A stretch of 45,921 bases of DNA from Escherichia phage vB_EcoP-611R6. The stretch's first letter is position 1, and every line of letters begins with the position of its first letter. Location: the sequence record ON470589.1. The stretch is one strand, 5' to 3'. Below are positions 18,102 to 27,592 of the stretch, one piece after another. Both the position numbers and the translations under genes were made by a program. Under the pieces are notes generated by a model, which did no database searches, was not told the origin of the DNA, and saw only the letters and a program-made list of their open reading frames with translations.

Positions 18102-18270
18102 CCCATCCCAATCCCTTCAATACCAGAAAGAAAGCGTCGAGCGAGCTTTAACGTGCGCTAACTGCGGTCAGAAGCTGCATGTGCTGGAAGTTCACGTGTG
18201 CTCAGATTGCTGCGCAGAACTGATGAGCGATCCGAATAGCTCAATGTACGAGGAAGAAGACGATGAGTGA
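18094..18270 (+). CDS. ninF: NinF-like zinc-ribbon protein (58 aa)
   Basis: Not in the ORF track; CANCGQK...HVCSDCC motif. Confidence 0.5.
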   Translation: MLSPSQSLQYQKESVERALTCANCGQKLHVLEVHVCSDCCAELMSDPNSSMYEEEDDE

Positions 18271-18532
18271 TTTCTCTGAGCTTATTTCCTTCAAAAAAGA
18301 CAGAGAAGAAATGCGGACTGAATCTGTCTATTACGTTCAACACCGGAATAAACGCTCGGTGCTTGATCAGGAGCTGATTATTACCGGAGACCTGGCATTC
18401 AGAACATATAAGGCCAGCATGGAAATGAAGGATTTCCCTAAATGTGGTTCTGAAAGAGAAGCCGCGTTAAAGCTGGCTGAGTGGATGCAGAGAATGGCTG
18501 CTGCAATTGAGAATTACTGGAGTGAACCATAA
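18263..18532 (+). CDS. Hypothetical nin-region protein
   Basis: 89 aa ORF. Confidence 0.45.
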   Translation: MSDFSELISFKKDREEMRTESVYYVQHRNKRSVLDQELIITGDLAFRTYKASMEMKDFPKCGSEREAALKLAEWMQRMAAAIENYWSEP

Positions 18533-18822
18533 TGGCTAACCTACGCAAAGAAGCGCGCGGCAGAGAATGCCAGGTACGTATTTACGGCATATGCAATGGC
18601 AATCCTGAAACTACAGTTCTGGCACATTACCGGATGGCTGGAATTTGCGGAACGGGAATGAAACCTGACGACCTGATTGGCGCATGGGCTTGTAGCGCGT
18701 GTCACGATGAAATCGACCGACGCACCCATAATCTCGACAACAAAGACGCCAGACTTTACCACCTCGAAGGCGTGATCAGGACGCAGGCGATACTGCTGAA
18801 GGAGGGGAAGATTAAGTCATGA
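18532..18822 (+). CDS. Hypothetical nin-region protein (Cys-rich, DUF1364-like)
   Basis: 96 aa ORF. Confidence 0.5.
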   Translation: MANLRKEARGRECQVRIYGICNGNPETTVLAHYRMAGICGTGMKPDDLIGAWACSACHDEIDRRTHNLDNKDARLYHLEGVIRTQAILLKEGKIKS

Positions 18823-19181
18823 ACGAATATCAGTTTGTGCTTCCTTACCCGCCGTCGCTGAATACCTACTGGCGAAGACGGGGAAACCAATACTACATCA
18901 GCGATAAAGGCCAGAAATACCGAAAAGACGTTCAGCAAATCATTCGCCAACTCAAGTTAGACATTTTCACCAAATCACGACTCCGCATCAAAGTCATCGC
19001 AGACGTTCCAGACTCCCGCCGCCGCGACCTCGACAACATCCTGAAAGGTTTACTCGACTCCCTTATCCACGCCGGATTTGCGGAAGACGACGAGCAATTC
19101 GATGACATTCGCGTAATTCGTGGTGTGAAAGTACCAGGCGGACGGCTTGGAATAAAAATCACCGAACTGGAGAACGTATGA
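18819..19181 (+). CDS. rusA: RusA Holliday-junction resolvase
   Basis: 120 aa; RRRDLDN catalytic motif. Confidence 0.8.
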   Translation: MNEYQFVLPYPPSLNTYWRRRGNQYYISDKGQKYRKDVQQIIRQLKLDIFTKSRLRIKVIADVPDSRRRDLDNILKGLLDSLIHAGFAEDDEQFDDIRVIRGVKVPGGRLGIKITELENV

Positions 19182-19366
19182 ACGCCACAATTCAAACGAT
19201 ACCAGAGCTTCTTATCCAGACACGAGGCAATCAGACCGAAGTGGCAAGGATGCTTTCCTGCGCAAGAGGAACAGTGCTCAAGTACAACCGAGACAGTAAA
19301 GGCGAGCGTCACGTAATAGTTAACGGCGTCCTGATGGTCAAACAAGGCAAGAGGGGAAGACGATGA
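19178..19366 (+). CDS. ninH: NinH-like protein
   Basis: 62 aa; GNQTEVAR...CSRGTV..Y motif as in lambda NinH. Confidence 0.7.
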   Translation: MNATIQTIPELLIQTRGNQTEVARMLSCARGTVLKYNRDSKGERHVIVNGVLMVKQGKRGRR

Positions 19367-19881
19367 GCATAAGAGAACTAAACCTCACCAAAGAGCAGCA
19401 CGAGTGGCTGAATGGCTGGCTTGAACTGTGGGGCGCATGGGTTTATTCAGGTCGTCTGGAAAAGCGCATGAGCAGCGTAATAGCGAAGTTCATGGAGAGC
19501 GTAGAGCCGGGAAGAGTTATGACAAGGCCAATGTGTAATGATGATGATGGAATGTTGATTTCTCAGGTCGTCGATTCCGTCATGTGCATTGACAAGAAAG
19601 CATTTGGCATCCTCCTCAGCTACTACGCTCATGGTTCATCTAAGCGAGCAATTGCATCCTACTATCACGCGACTGCAAAGCCACGCAAGATGTGTGGACG
19701 TGGTGGTGAGGGATGGAGAAAACCTTCACTGGCAACCTGTAGAAACGAAATTGACGACATCCTGAAAGCGTCGTTATTTGTTTTGTACCAGCCAATGCAA
19801 AATGCTTTCAAAATGCGTAAACGTGTTGAGAAAGTTAAGCATGTTGCTGTTAAAAGCCTTGACATGCAATTATCCATTTAG
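19363..19881 (+). CDS. Q: Late-gene antiterminator Q
   Basis: 172 aa; immediately precedes the pR'-tR' leader and lysis genes. Confidence 0.7.
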   Translation: MSIRELNLTKEQHEWLNGWLELWGAWVYSGRLEKRMSSVIAKFMESVEPGRVMTRPMCNDDDGMLISQVVDSVMCIDKKAFGILLSYYAHGSSKRAIASYYHATAKPRKMCGRGGEGWRKPSLATCRNEIDDILKASLFVLYQPMQNAFKMRKRVEKVKHVAVKSLDMQLSI

Positions 19882-20236
19882 CCATAATTAGAAGATAAGC
19901 TGCCGTTAGTGACTCTTAAGTTGCAATGGTGGCTTTTTTTGTTTGCACAACAGGTAAGAGCATTGAACCCGCAGACCTCGCGGAATTGGTGAAAGGTGCC
20001 GCGCAGTGCTCTTATCGTTGTGGTGAAGCTCAATGGCGAGCTAGCAGATAGGCGACAGTGAAAATACTAGTCATGTAGCTGACCGCCGCGCGTACTGCAA
20101 TCGGCAGCGCACCGATGGAAGCCGGTTCGATTCCGGCCGCCACAACCCAAACTGAGCCGTAGCCACTGGCTATCCTGAATTCATCAGTGATAGTTATGCT
20201 GCGGCCTTCTACGCATGACCTTCGTGAAAGCGGGTG

Positions 20237-20270
20237 GCAGGAGGTCGCGCTAACAACCTCCTGCCGTTTT
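20237..20270 (+). terminator. tR'-like rho-independent terminator of the short late leader
   Basis: Stem GCAGGAGGT / ACCTCCTGC with a 10-nt loop, followed by CGTTTT; about 120 bp upstream of the holin. Confidence 0.55.
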
Positions 20271-20390
20271 GCCCGTGCATATCGGTCACGAACAAATCTG
20301 ATTACTAAACACAGTAGCCTGGATTTGTTCTATCAGTAACCGACCTTATTCCTAATTAAATAGAGCAAATCCCCTTATTGGGGGTAAGAC

Positions 20391-20714
20391 ATGAAGATGC
20401 CAGAAAAACATGACCTGTTAGCCGCCATTCTCGCGGCAAAGGAACAAGGCATCGGGGCAATCCTTGCGTTTGCAATGGCGTACCTTCGCGGCAGATACAA
20501 TGGCGGTGCGTTTACAAAAACAGTAATCGACGCAACGATGTGCGCCATTATCGCCTGGTTCATTCGTGACCTTCTCGACTTCGCCGGACTAAGTAGCAAT
20601 CTCGCTTATATAACGAGCGTGTTCATCGGCTACATCGGTACTGACTCGATTGGTTCGCTTATCAAACGCTTCGCTGCTAAAAAAGCCGGAGTAGAAGATG
20701 GTGGAAATCAATAA
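20391..20714 (+). CDS. S: Class I holin, lambda S type (dual start M1-K2-M3)
   Basis: 107 aa, essentially identical to lambda S. Confidence 0.9.
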   Translation: MKMPEKHDLLAAILAAKEQGIGAILAFAMAYLRGRYNGGAFTKTVIDATMCAIIAWFIRDLLDFAGLSSNLAYITSVFIGYIGTDSIGSLIKRFAAKKAGVEDGGNQ

Positions 20715-21174
20715 TCAACGTAAGGCGTTCCTCGATATGCTGGCGTGGTCAGAGGGAACTGATAACGGACGGCAGAAAACCAGAAATCATGGTTATGACG
20801 TCATTGTAGGCGGAGAGCTATTTACTGATTACTCCGATCACCCTCGCAAACTTGTCACGCTAAACCCCAAACTCAAATCAACAGCCGCCGGGCGCTACCA
20901 GCTTCTTTCCCGTTGGTGGGATGCCTACCGCAAGCAGCTTGGCCTGAAAGACTTCTCTCCGAAAAGCCAGGACGCTGTGGCACTGCAGCAGATTAAGGAG
21001 CGTGGCGCTTTACCGATGATTGACCGCGGTGATATTCGTCAGGCAATTGACCGTTGCAGCAATATCTGGGCTTCACTGCCGGGCGCTGGTTATGGTCAGT
21101 TCGAGCATAAGGCTGACAGCCTAATTGCAAAATTCAAAGAAGCAGGCGGAACGGTCAGAGAGATTGATGTATGA
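20698..21174 (+). CDS. R: Endolysin, lambda R-type lytic transglycosylase
   Basis: 158 aa, near-identical to lambda R. Confidence 0.9.
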   Translation: MVEINNQRKAFLDMLAWSEGTDNGRQKTRNHGYDVIVGGELFTDYSDHPRKLVTLNPKLKSTAAGRYQLLSRWWDAYRKQLGLKDFSPKSQDAVALQQIKERGALPMIDRGDIRQAIDRCSNIWASLPGAGYGQFEHKADSLIAKFKEAGGTVREIDV

Positions 21175-21638
21175 GCAGAGTCACCGCGATTATCTCCGCT
21201 CTGGTTATCTGCATCATCGTCTGCCTGTCATGGGCGGTTAATCATTACCGTGATAACGCCATGACCTACAAAGAGCAGCGAGATAAAAAAGTCAGTGAGC
21301 TGAAGCAGGCGACCGCCACCATTACTCACATGCAGCAGCGCCAGCGTTCTGCTGATGCACTCGATGCTAAATACACGAAGGAGTTAGCTGATGCGAAAGC
21401 TGAAAATGATGCTCTTCGGCGCAAGCTTGATAATGGTGGTCGGGTGTTCGTCAAAGGAAAATGCCATATGCCATCCTCAGCCGAAACCTCCAGCGCCTCC
21501 GGCATGGGCAATGATGCCACCGTCGAACTCTCTCCAGTTGCTGGACGAAACGTTCTCGGTGTCCGGGGCGGAATTATCCGCGACCAAACAGCACTGAGAA
21601 CGCTTCAGGAATACATCAGGACGCAATGCCTTCGATGA
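21171..21638 (+). CDS. Rz: Spanin inner-membrane subunit Rz
   Basis: 155 aa; N-terminal TM helix and coiled-coil; lambda Rz-like. Confidence 0.85.
   Translation: MSRVTAIISALVICIIVCLSWAVNHYRDNAMTYKEQRDKKVSELKQATATITHMQQRQRSADALDAKYTKELADAKAENDALRRKLDNGGRVFVKGKCHMPSSAETSSASGMGNDATVELSPVAGRNVLGVRGGIIRDQTALRTLQEYIRTQCLR
21391..21597 (+). CDS. Rz1: Spanin outer-membrane lipoprotein Rz1, embedded in Rz in the +1 frame
   Basis: Lipobox VVGC and Pro-rich mature region. Confidence 0.7.
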   Translation: MRKLKMMLFGASLIMVVGCSSKENAICHPQPKPPAPPAWAMMPPSNSLQLLDETFSVSGAELSATKQH

Positions 21639-22017
21639 TAGCGATAATTTTACTCATCATCCTTCACATCTGGCTCTGTAGACAGGGTGGTGATCACTTC
21701 TGGAGTGAATCCAGATTAAACATCTCATTGCTGATGCTTGATATTGAGCATCTGGCGCGCGGTAAGGGGCTGCGTTGAGATAAGAGCCAGTTCATTACAA
21801 AGCCTATCTACGGGTGGGCTTGATAATGAAACCGGAATTTGTTCTAGGCAACCAGTTACGGCAGTACCACGAAGCAACCCAAGCCAGTAAGTGGGGGAAA
21901 TAACACTGGCAGCCACTGAAAGATGAACCTCCTGCCTTATGGCAAAAAAGATTCTTTGTGGTGGCGGACTGATGGAAAGACATCTTAATCAAGCAACCAC
22001 TCTACAGGGTCATAATT

Positions 22018-22356
22018 ATGAACGACCAGCAAATCGAAAAAGAAATCGTTGAGAAAGGCAAAACCGCCCAGCGCGTTACGCCAGACCATATCGAAAGCAT
22101 TATTCTTGCGGAAACGTACTTCACTGCTGCTGATGGAGCTATTGCAACTGGCGATGACTATCACGACAGTTTGGCTCTGCTGACATTTTGTGTATTGACT
22201 CTACAAAATGGCTTCACCGTCACCGGTGAAAGCGCCTGTGCAAGCCCGGAAAACTTTGATGCAGAAATTGGTCGGAAGATTGCCCGGCAAAATGCTGTAA
22301 ACAAAATCTGGATGCTCGAAGGTTACTTGCTGAAGCAGAAGCTAAGCGAACAGTAG
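22018..22356 (+). CDS. Gp49/Sf6 gp66-family protein (function unknown)
   Basis: 112 aa; flanked by imperfect 40-bp direct repeats; family assignment tentative. Confidence 0.5.
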   Translation: MNDQQIEKEIVEKGKTAQRVTPDHIESIILAETYFTAADGAIATGDDYHDSLALLTFCVLTLQNGFTVTGESACASPENFDAEIGRKIARQNAVNKIWMLEGYLLKQKLSEQ

Positions 22357-22459
22357 TTATTACAAAAGCCATTCCCTACAGAGTGGCTTTGATAATGGCT
22401 TATACCCTACACGGGATAACTTAACTGATATCCCTTTTAACGGATAAACGGAGCCAACA

Positions 22460-22702
22460 ATGGCAGAGATTATTCCCATGACTGAAGAACAGAAATTCCA
22501 GTTAGAGATTTACAAACTGGTCATGAACCAGAACGCAGCCGCAGAAGAAGCATTTCAATTCATTGGCACTGACGAGCTGAAGCTTGAGCTATTCAAAATT
22601 CACTTCCAGTCAGGCGGCGCTAATTCAGATATCACGACCCGCACTATCGAAGCGGTGCGTAAATCGAAGGAAGCGTTAGACCTGTTCACTACCGGAGCAT
22701 AA
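22460..22702 (+). CDS. Hypothetical protein upstream of terminase
   Basis: 80 aa ORF, 2 nt before the terminase small subunit. Confidence 0.45.
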   Translation: MAEIIPMTEEQKFQLEIYKLVMNQNAAAEEAFQFIGTDELKLELFKIHFQSGGANSDITTRTIEAVRKSKEALDLFTTGA

Positions 22703-22704
22703 AC

Positions 22705-23145
22705 ATGGCGCGCCCAACGAAGTATCAAGAGGCGTATGCCGAACAGGCACGCAAACTGTGCTTGCTGGGCTATACAGACGCCGAACTCGCGGACTTCTTT
22801 GAAGTTAGCGAGGCAACAATCAACAATTGGAAATTGGAATATCCGGAGTTTTTAGAGTCCATAAAAAAGGGTAAGGCCGTCGCTGATGCAGAAGTTAGTG
22901 ATCGTCTTTATCAACGCGCTATGGGCTTCGTGGCTCCAGACATCGATATTCGTGTTATTGAAAACAGAATTGTCGAAACTCCGCTTGAGAAGTATTACCC
23001 GCCTGATACAACCGCCGCCATCTTCTGGCTTAAGAACCGACAGAAGGATAAATGGCGCGATAAGGTTGATCACGAGCTAACAGGCAAAGACGGCGGCGCA
23101 ATCCAGATTGAAACATCACCGATGAGCACTCTATTCGGAAAATGA
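22705..23145 (+). CDS. Terminase small subunit (Sf6-like)
   Basis: 146 aa; N-terminal HTH; ATGA overlap with the large subunit. Confidence 0.7.
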   Translation: MARPTKYQEAYAEQARKLCLLGYTDAELADFFEVSEATINNWKLEYPEFLESIKKGKAVADAEVSDRLYQRAMGFVAPDIDIRVIENRIVETPLEKYYPPDTTAAIFWLKNRQKDKWRDKVDHELTGKDGGAIQIETSPMSTLFGK

Positions 23146-24554
23146 CCTCGATTAATCCTATCTTTGAACCGTTCATTGAGGCGCATCGCTACAAAGTCGC
23201 CAAAGGCGGTCGAGGTAGCGGTAAGTCATGGGCAATTGCGAGGCTGCTTGTTGAAGCGGCGCGTCGGCAGCCTGTGCGTATTCTCTGCGCTCGTGAACTG
23301 CAAAACAGTATCAGCGATTCGGTAATCCGGTTGCTTGAAGATACCATCGAGCGTGAAGGGTATTCGGCTGAGTTTGAAATTCAGCGTTCAATGATTCGTC
23401 ATTTCGGAACGAATGCTGAATTCATGTTCTACGGCATAAAAAACAACCCGACGAAGATTAAATCGCTCGAAGGCATTGATATCTGCTGGGTGGAAGAAGC
23501 GGAAGCGGTAACGAAGGAATCATGGGATATCCTGATTCCAACCATCCGTAAGCCGTTCTCTGAAATATGGGTGAGCTTTAACCCGAAGAACATCCTCGAC
23601 GATACCTATCAGCGATTCGTCGTAAATCCTCCTGATGATATTTGTCTGCTGACGGTGAACTACACCGACAACCCGCACTTTCCTGAAGTTCTCCGTCTGG
23701 AGATGGAAGAGTGTAAACGCAGAAACCCGACACTGTATCGTCACATCTGGCTGGGTGAGCCAGTAAGCGCAAGTGATATGGCAATCATCAAACGTGAATG
23801 GCTTGAAGCCGCAACCGATGCGCACAAGAAACTCGGATGGAAAGCGAAAGGCGCTGTTGTCTCTGCGCATGACCCGTCAGATACAGGGCCAGATGCTAAA
23901 GGTTATGCATCGCGTCACGGTTCTGTAGTTAAGCGCATTGCCGAAGGTCTGCTGATGGACATCAACGAGGGTGCTGACTGGGCTACTTCGCTGGCGATTG
24001 AAGACGGCGCTGACCACTACCTGTGGGATGGTGATGGTGTTGGTGCTGGGCTACGCAGACAGACAACGGAAGCGTTCTCCGGCAAGAAAATCACCGCCAC
24101 GATGTTCAAGGGCAGCGAATCGCCATTCGATGAAGATGCTCCGTATCAGGCCGGAGCATGGGCTGATGAAGTCGTACAGGGCGACAACGTTCGCACTATT
24201 GGCGATGTGTTCCGCAATAAGCGAGCGCAATTCTATTACGCGCTGGCTGACAGGCTGTATCTGACATATCGGGCGGTTGTCCATGGTGAGTATGCAGACC
24301 CCGACGACATGCTGAGTTTCGACAAAGAAGCGATAGGCGAGAAGATGCTGGAGAAGCTGTTTGCAGAACTTACGCAGATTCAGCGCAAATTCAATAACAA
24401 CGGGAAGCTGGAGCTTATGACTAAGGTCGAAATGAAGCAGAAGCTCGGTATCCCATCTCCTAACCTGGCTGATGCGCTGATGATGTGTATGCATTGCCCG
24501 GCATTGGTCCGCGAAGAAACAGAAATATACGTTCCCTCATCCTCCGGTTGGTAA
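23142..24554 (+). CDS. Terminase large subunit (ATPase/nuclease)
   Basis: 470 aa; Walker A KGGRGSGKS. Confidence 0.9.
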   Translation: MTSINPIFEPFIEAHRYKVAKGGRGSGKSWAIARLLVEAARRQPVRILCARELQNSISDSVIRLLEDTIEREGYSAEFEIQRSMIRHFGTNAEFMFYGIKNNPTKIKSLEGIDICWVEEAEAVTKESWDILIPTIRKPFSEIWVSFNPKNILDDTYQRFVVNPPDDICLLTVNYTDNPHFPEVLRLEMEECKRRNPTLYRHIWLGEPVSASDMAIIKREWLEAATDAHKKLGWKAKGAVVSAHDPSDTGPDAKGYASRHGSVVKRIAEGLLMDINEGADWATSLAIEDGADHYLWDGDGVGAGLRRQTTEAFSGKKITATMFKGSESPFDEDAPYQAGAWADEVVQGDNVRTIGDVFRNKRAQFYYALADRLYLTYRAVVHGEYADPDDMLSFDKEAIGEKMLEKLFAELTQIQRKFNNNGKLELMTKVEMKQKLGIPSPNLADALMMCMHCPALVREETEIYVPSSSGW

Positions 24555-24556
24555 AC

Positions 24557-26683
24557 ATGGCAGAGACATTAGAGAAAAAACATGAGCGGATCATGCTCAG
24601 GTTTGACCGCGCCTATTCTCCACAGCAGGAAGTGCGCGAAAAGTGCATTGAAGCTACGAGGTTTGCTCGTGTCCCCGGAGGTCAATGGGAAGGAGCAACG
24701 GCGGCTGGGACTAAGCTTGATGAGCAGTTCGAGAAGTATCCTAAGTTTGAAATCAATAAGGTAGCAACTGAACTTAACCGCATCATTGCAGAATACCGCA
24801 ATAACAGAATCACCGTTAAGTTTCGTCCTGGTGACAGAGAGGCAAGCGAAGAGTTAGCCAATAAATTAAATGGTCTGTTCCGTGCTGACTACGAAGAAAC
24901 TGATGGCGGTGAGGCTTGCGATAATGCATTTGACGACGCTGCTACTGGTGGTTTCGGTTGCTTCCGTTTGACGTCGATGCTGGTCAATGAATACGACCCC
25001 ATGGACGATCGTCAGCGCATTGCTATTGAACCAATATACGACCCGTCGCGCTCTGTGTGGTTTGACCCTGACGCTAAGAAGTACGACAAATCTGACGCGT
25101 TGTGGGCGTTCTGCATGTATTCGTTGTCACCTGAAAAATATGAGGCTGAATACGGAAAGAAACCTCCTGCTTCTCTGGATGTAACGTCTATGACCAGTTG
25201 GGAATATGACTGGTTTGATGCAGATGTTATTTACATAGCGAAATATTACGAAGTTCGTAAAGAGTCTGTTGACGTCATCAGTTATCGACATCCAATCACT
25301 GGAGAGATTGCAACATACGACAGTGATCAGGTTGAAGATATTGAAGATGAACTGGCAATAGCTGGATTTCATGAAGTGGCAAGGCGCTCAGTGAAGCGCC
25401 GTCGTGTGTATGTATCCGTAGTGGATGGTGATGGTTTCCTTGAGAAACCTCGACGTATTCCTGGTGAGCATATCCCCCTCATCCCGGTTTATGGAAAACG
25501 CTGGTTCATTGATGACATTGAGCGTGTCGAAGGACATATTGCAAAAGCAATGGATCCACAGCGTTTGTATAACCTTCAGGTATCAATGCTGGCTGATACT
25601 GCAGCGCAAGACCCCGGTCAGATCCCTATAGTTGGCATGGAGCAAATTCGTGGACTTGAGAAGCACTGGGAGGCTCGTAACAAGAAACGCCCAGCGTTCT
25701 TGCCGTTGCGCGAAGTGAGAGATAAATCTGGCAACATTATCGCTGGAGCTACCCCGGCAGGATATACACAGCCTGCGGTTATGAATCAGGCATTGGCTGC
25801 ATTACTACAGCAAACCAGTGCTGATATTCAGGAGGTTACAGGCGGCAGTCAGGCCATGCAGCAGATGCCAAGTAATATTGCTCAGGAAACGGTTAACAAC
25901 TTGATGAACAGAGCAGATATGGCTTCGTTTATCTATCTGGACAATATGGCGAAAAGTCTTAAACGCGCTGGTGAAGTATGGCTGTCAATGGCGCGTGAAG
26001 TGTACGGTTCAGAGCGTGAAGTGCGCATAGTTAACGAAGATGGAAGTGATGATATCGCTGTCCTGAGCGCACAGGTTGTTGACAGGCAAACAGGGGCTGT
26101 TGTTGCGTTAAATGACCTTTCTGTCGGTCGATACGATGTGACGGTTGATGTTGGACCAAGCTACACAGCACGACGTGATGCAACGGTTTCTGTACTGACA
26201 AATGTCCTTAGCTCTATGCTTCCAACAGACCCAATGCGCCCGGCAATTCAGGGTATTATTCTGGACAATATCGATGGCGAAGGCCTTGATGACTTCAAAG
26301 AGTACAACCGAAACCAACTGCTGATATCTGGTATTGCAAAACCACGCAATGAGAAAGAGCAGCAGATTGTTCAACAGGCGCAAATGGCAGCACAAAGCCA
26401 GCCAAATCCTGAAATGGTTCTCGCTCAGGCGCAAATGGTAGCAGCGCAGGCAGAAGCGCAAAAAGCAACTAACGAAACCGCTCAAACTCAAATCAAAGCA
26501 TTTACTGCCCAGCAGGATGCGATGGAGAGTCAGGCAAACACTGTCTATAAACTGGCTCAAGCCAGAAACATCGATGACAAAGCAGTGATGGAGGCAATAC
26601 GCCTTCTGAAAGATGTCGCCGAGTCACAACAACAGCAATTCCAGTCACCACCACAGTCACCGGCAGACTTAATGCCGAGTTAA
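24557..26683 (+). CDS. Portal protein (P22 gp1-like)
   Basis: Start taken at MAETLEKK (24557), directly after the terminase stop; 708 aa; P22/Sf6 portal-like with Q-rich C-terminal barrel. Confidence 0.85.
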   Translation: MAETLEKKHERIMLRFDRAYSPQQEVREKCIEATRFARVPGGQWEGATAAGTKLDEQFEKYPKFEINKVATELNRIIAEYRNNRITVKFRPGDREASEELANKLNGLFRADYEETDGGEACDNAFDDAATGGFGCFRLTSMLVNEYDPMDDRQRIAIEPIYDPSRSVWFDPDAKKYDKSDALWAFCMYSLSPEKYEAEYGKKPPASLDVTSMTSWEYDWFDADVIYIAKYYEVRKESVDVISYRHPITGEIATYDSDQVEDIEDELAIAGFHEVARRSVKRRRVYVSVVDGDGFLEKPRRIPGEHIPLIPVYGKRWFIDDIERVEGHIAKAMDPQRLYNLQVSMLADTAAQDPGQIPIVGMEQIRGLEKHWEARNKKRPAFLPLREVRDKSGNIIAGATPAGYTQPAVMNQALAALLQQTSADIQEVTGGSQAMQQMPSNIAQETVNNLMNRADMASFIYLDNMAKSLKRAGEVWLSMAREVYGSEREVRIVNEDGSDDIAVLSAQVVDRQTGAVVALNDLSVGRYDVTVDVGPSYTARRDATVSVLTNVLSSMLPTDPMRPAIQGIILDNIDGEGLDDFKEYNRNQLLISGIAKPRNEKEQQIVQQAQMAAQSQPNPEMVLAQAQMVAAQAEAQKATNETAQTQIKAFTAQQDAMESQANTVYKLAQARNIDDKAVMEAIRLLKDVAESQQQQFQSPPQSPADLMPS

Positions 26684-26696
26684 CCAGGAGTAATCA

Positions 26697-27581
26697 ATGG
26701 AAAACGAACTGATCATCGACGGTCAGGTTATTGACCTGTCTGAAACACAGGAAAATGCAGAAGAAACCATCATCCAAACAGAGTCACAGCCTGAGAATGA
26801 AAGCCAGGATGACAACGGTAAAGAGGTGGCAACTGATCCTGAAAAAACCGAAGAGACACCAGAAGATTACGCCTTGCGTATTGGTGATGAAGAAATTCAG
26901 CTTAACGCTGACGATGATGATCACATTGACGGGCAACCTGCACCGCAATGGGTGAAAGATCTTCGCAAAGGCTTCAAAGAAACACAGAAAGAAAATCGTG
27001 AGTTGCGCCGCCAGCTTGAGGAAGCATTAGCCAAGCCTGCGGAACATCAGCAACCACAACCAGACGCTATTCCACCAAAACCGACTCTTGAGTCGTGTGA
27101 TTATGACGAACAGGCGTTTGAACAGGCATTGACTGATTGGCATGAGAAAAAAGGCCGTGTCGAACAGCAGCAGCAACAAAAACTACGTCAGCAACAGGAA
27201 TACCAACAGCGTTTCCAGCAAAGGGTAGAAGCGCATAAACAACGGGCAGCCAAACTTCCTGTGAAAGATTATCAGGAAATGGAGGCCATTGTTCTTAGTG
27301 AGCTACCACCAATTCAGCAGGAAATCATCATTCACTGTGCAGACGAAGGCTCTGAACTACTCGCCTATGGCTTAGGTAAGAGCCAGCAATTACGCCAGCG
27401 TGTAGCCGCTGAGACAGATCCAATTCGCGCAGCATTCCTCTTGGGGCAGATTAGCAAACAGGTAAGCCTTGCTCCAAAACCAAAGAAAGCCATCAAGCCA
27501 GAGCCGGAAGTACGTGGTGGCGGTGCTGATGCGAAACAAGACGAATTCAACAAATTATGCCCCGGCGCAAAAATCGAATAA
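26697..27581 (+). CDS. Scaffolding protein (P22 gp8-like)
   Basis: 294 aa; acidic, Q-rich coiled-coil; sits between portal and coat. Confidence 0.7.
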   Translation: MENELIIDGQVIDLSETQENAEETIIQTESQPENESQDDNGKEVATDPEKTEETPEDYALRIGDEEIQLNADDDDHIDGQPAPQWVKDLRKGFKETQKENRELRRQLEEALAKPAEHQQPQPDAIPPKPTLESCDYDEQAFEQALTDWHEKKGRVEQQQQQKLRQQQEYQQRFQQRVEAHKQRAAKLPVKDYQEMEAIVLSELPPIQQEIIIHCADEGSELLAYGLGKSQQLRQRVAAETDPIRAAFLLGQISKQVSLAPKPKKAIKPEPEVRGGGADAKQDEFNKLCPGAKIE

Positions 27582-27592
27582 GGAAAAGATAA

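Noticed and set aside
20100-20165. Possible tRNA gene in the late leader, suggested by a GGTTCGATTCC T-loop
   Set aside because: No complementary acceptor 5' strand (TGTGGCG) or acceptable anticodon arm could be built, so it is reported only as a tRNA-like remnant.
21725-21992. Two minus-strand ORFs (63 and 62 aa) in the gap after Rz, where lambda carries bor
   Set aside because: They overlap each other in different frames, have no signal peptide or lipobox and no recognisable RBS, so they are probably not genes; the region is treated as non-coding with repeats.
26108-26560. 150-aa minus-strand ORF inside the portal gene
   Set aside because: Antisense to a strongly supported portal protein; Cys/Leu-rich low-complexity translation typical of an antisense frame.
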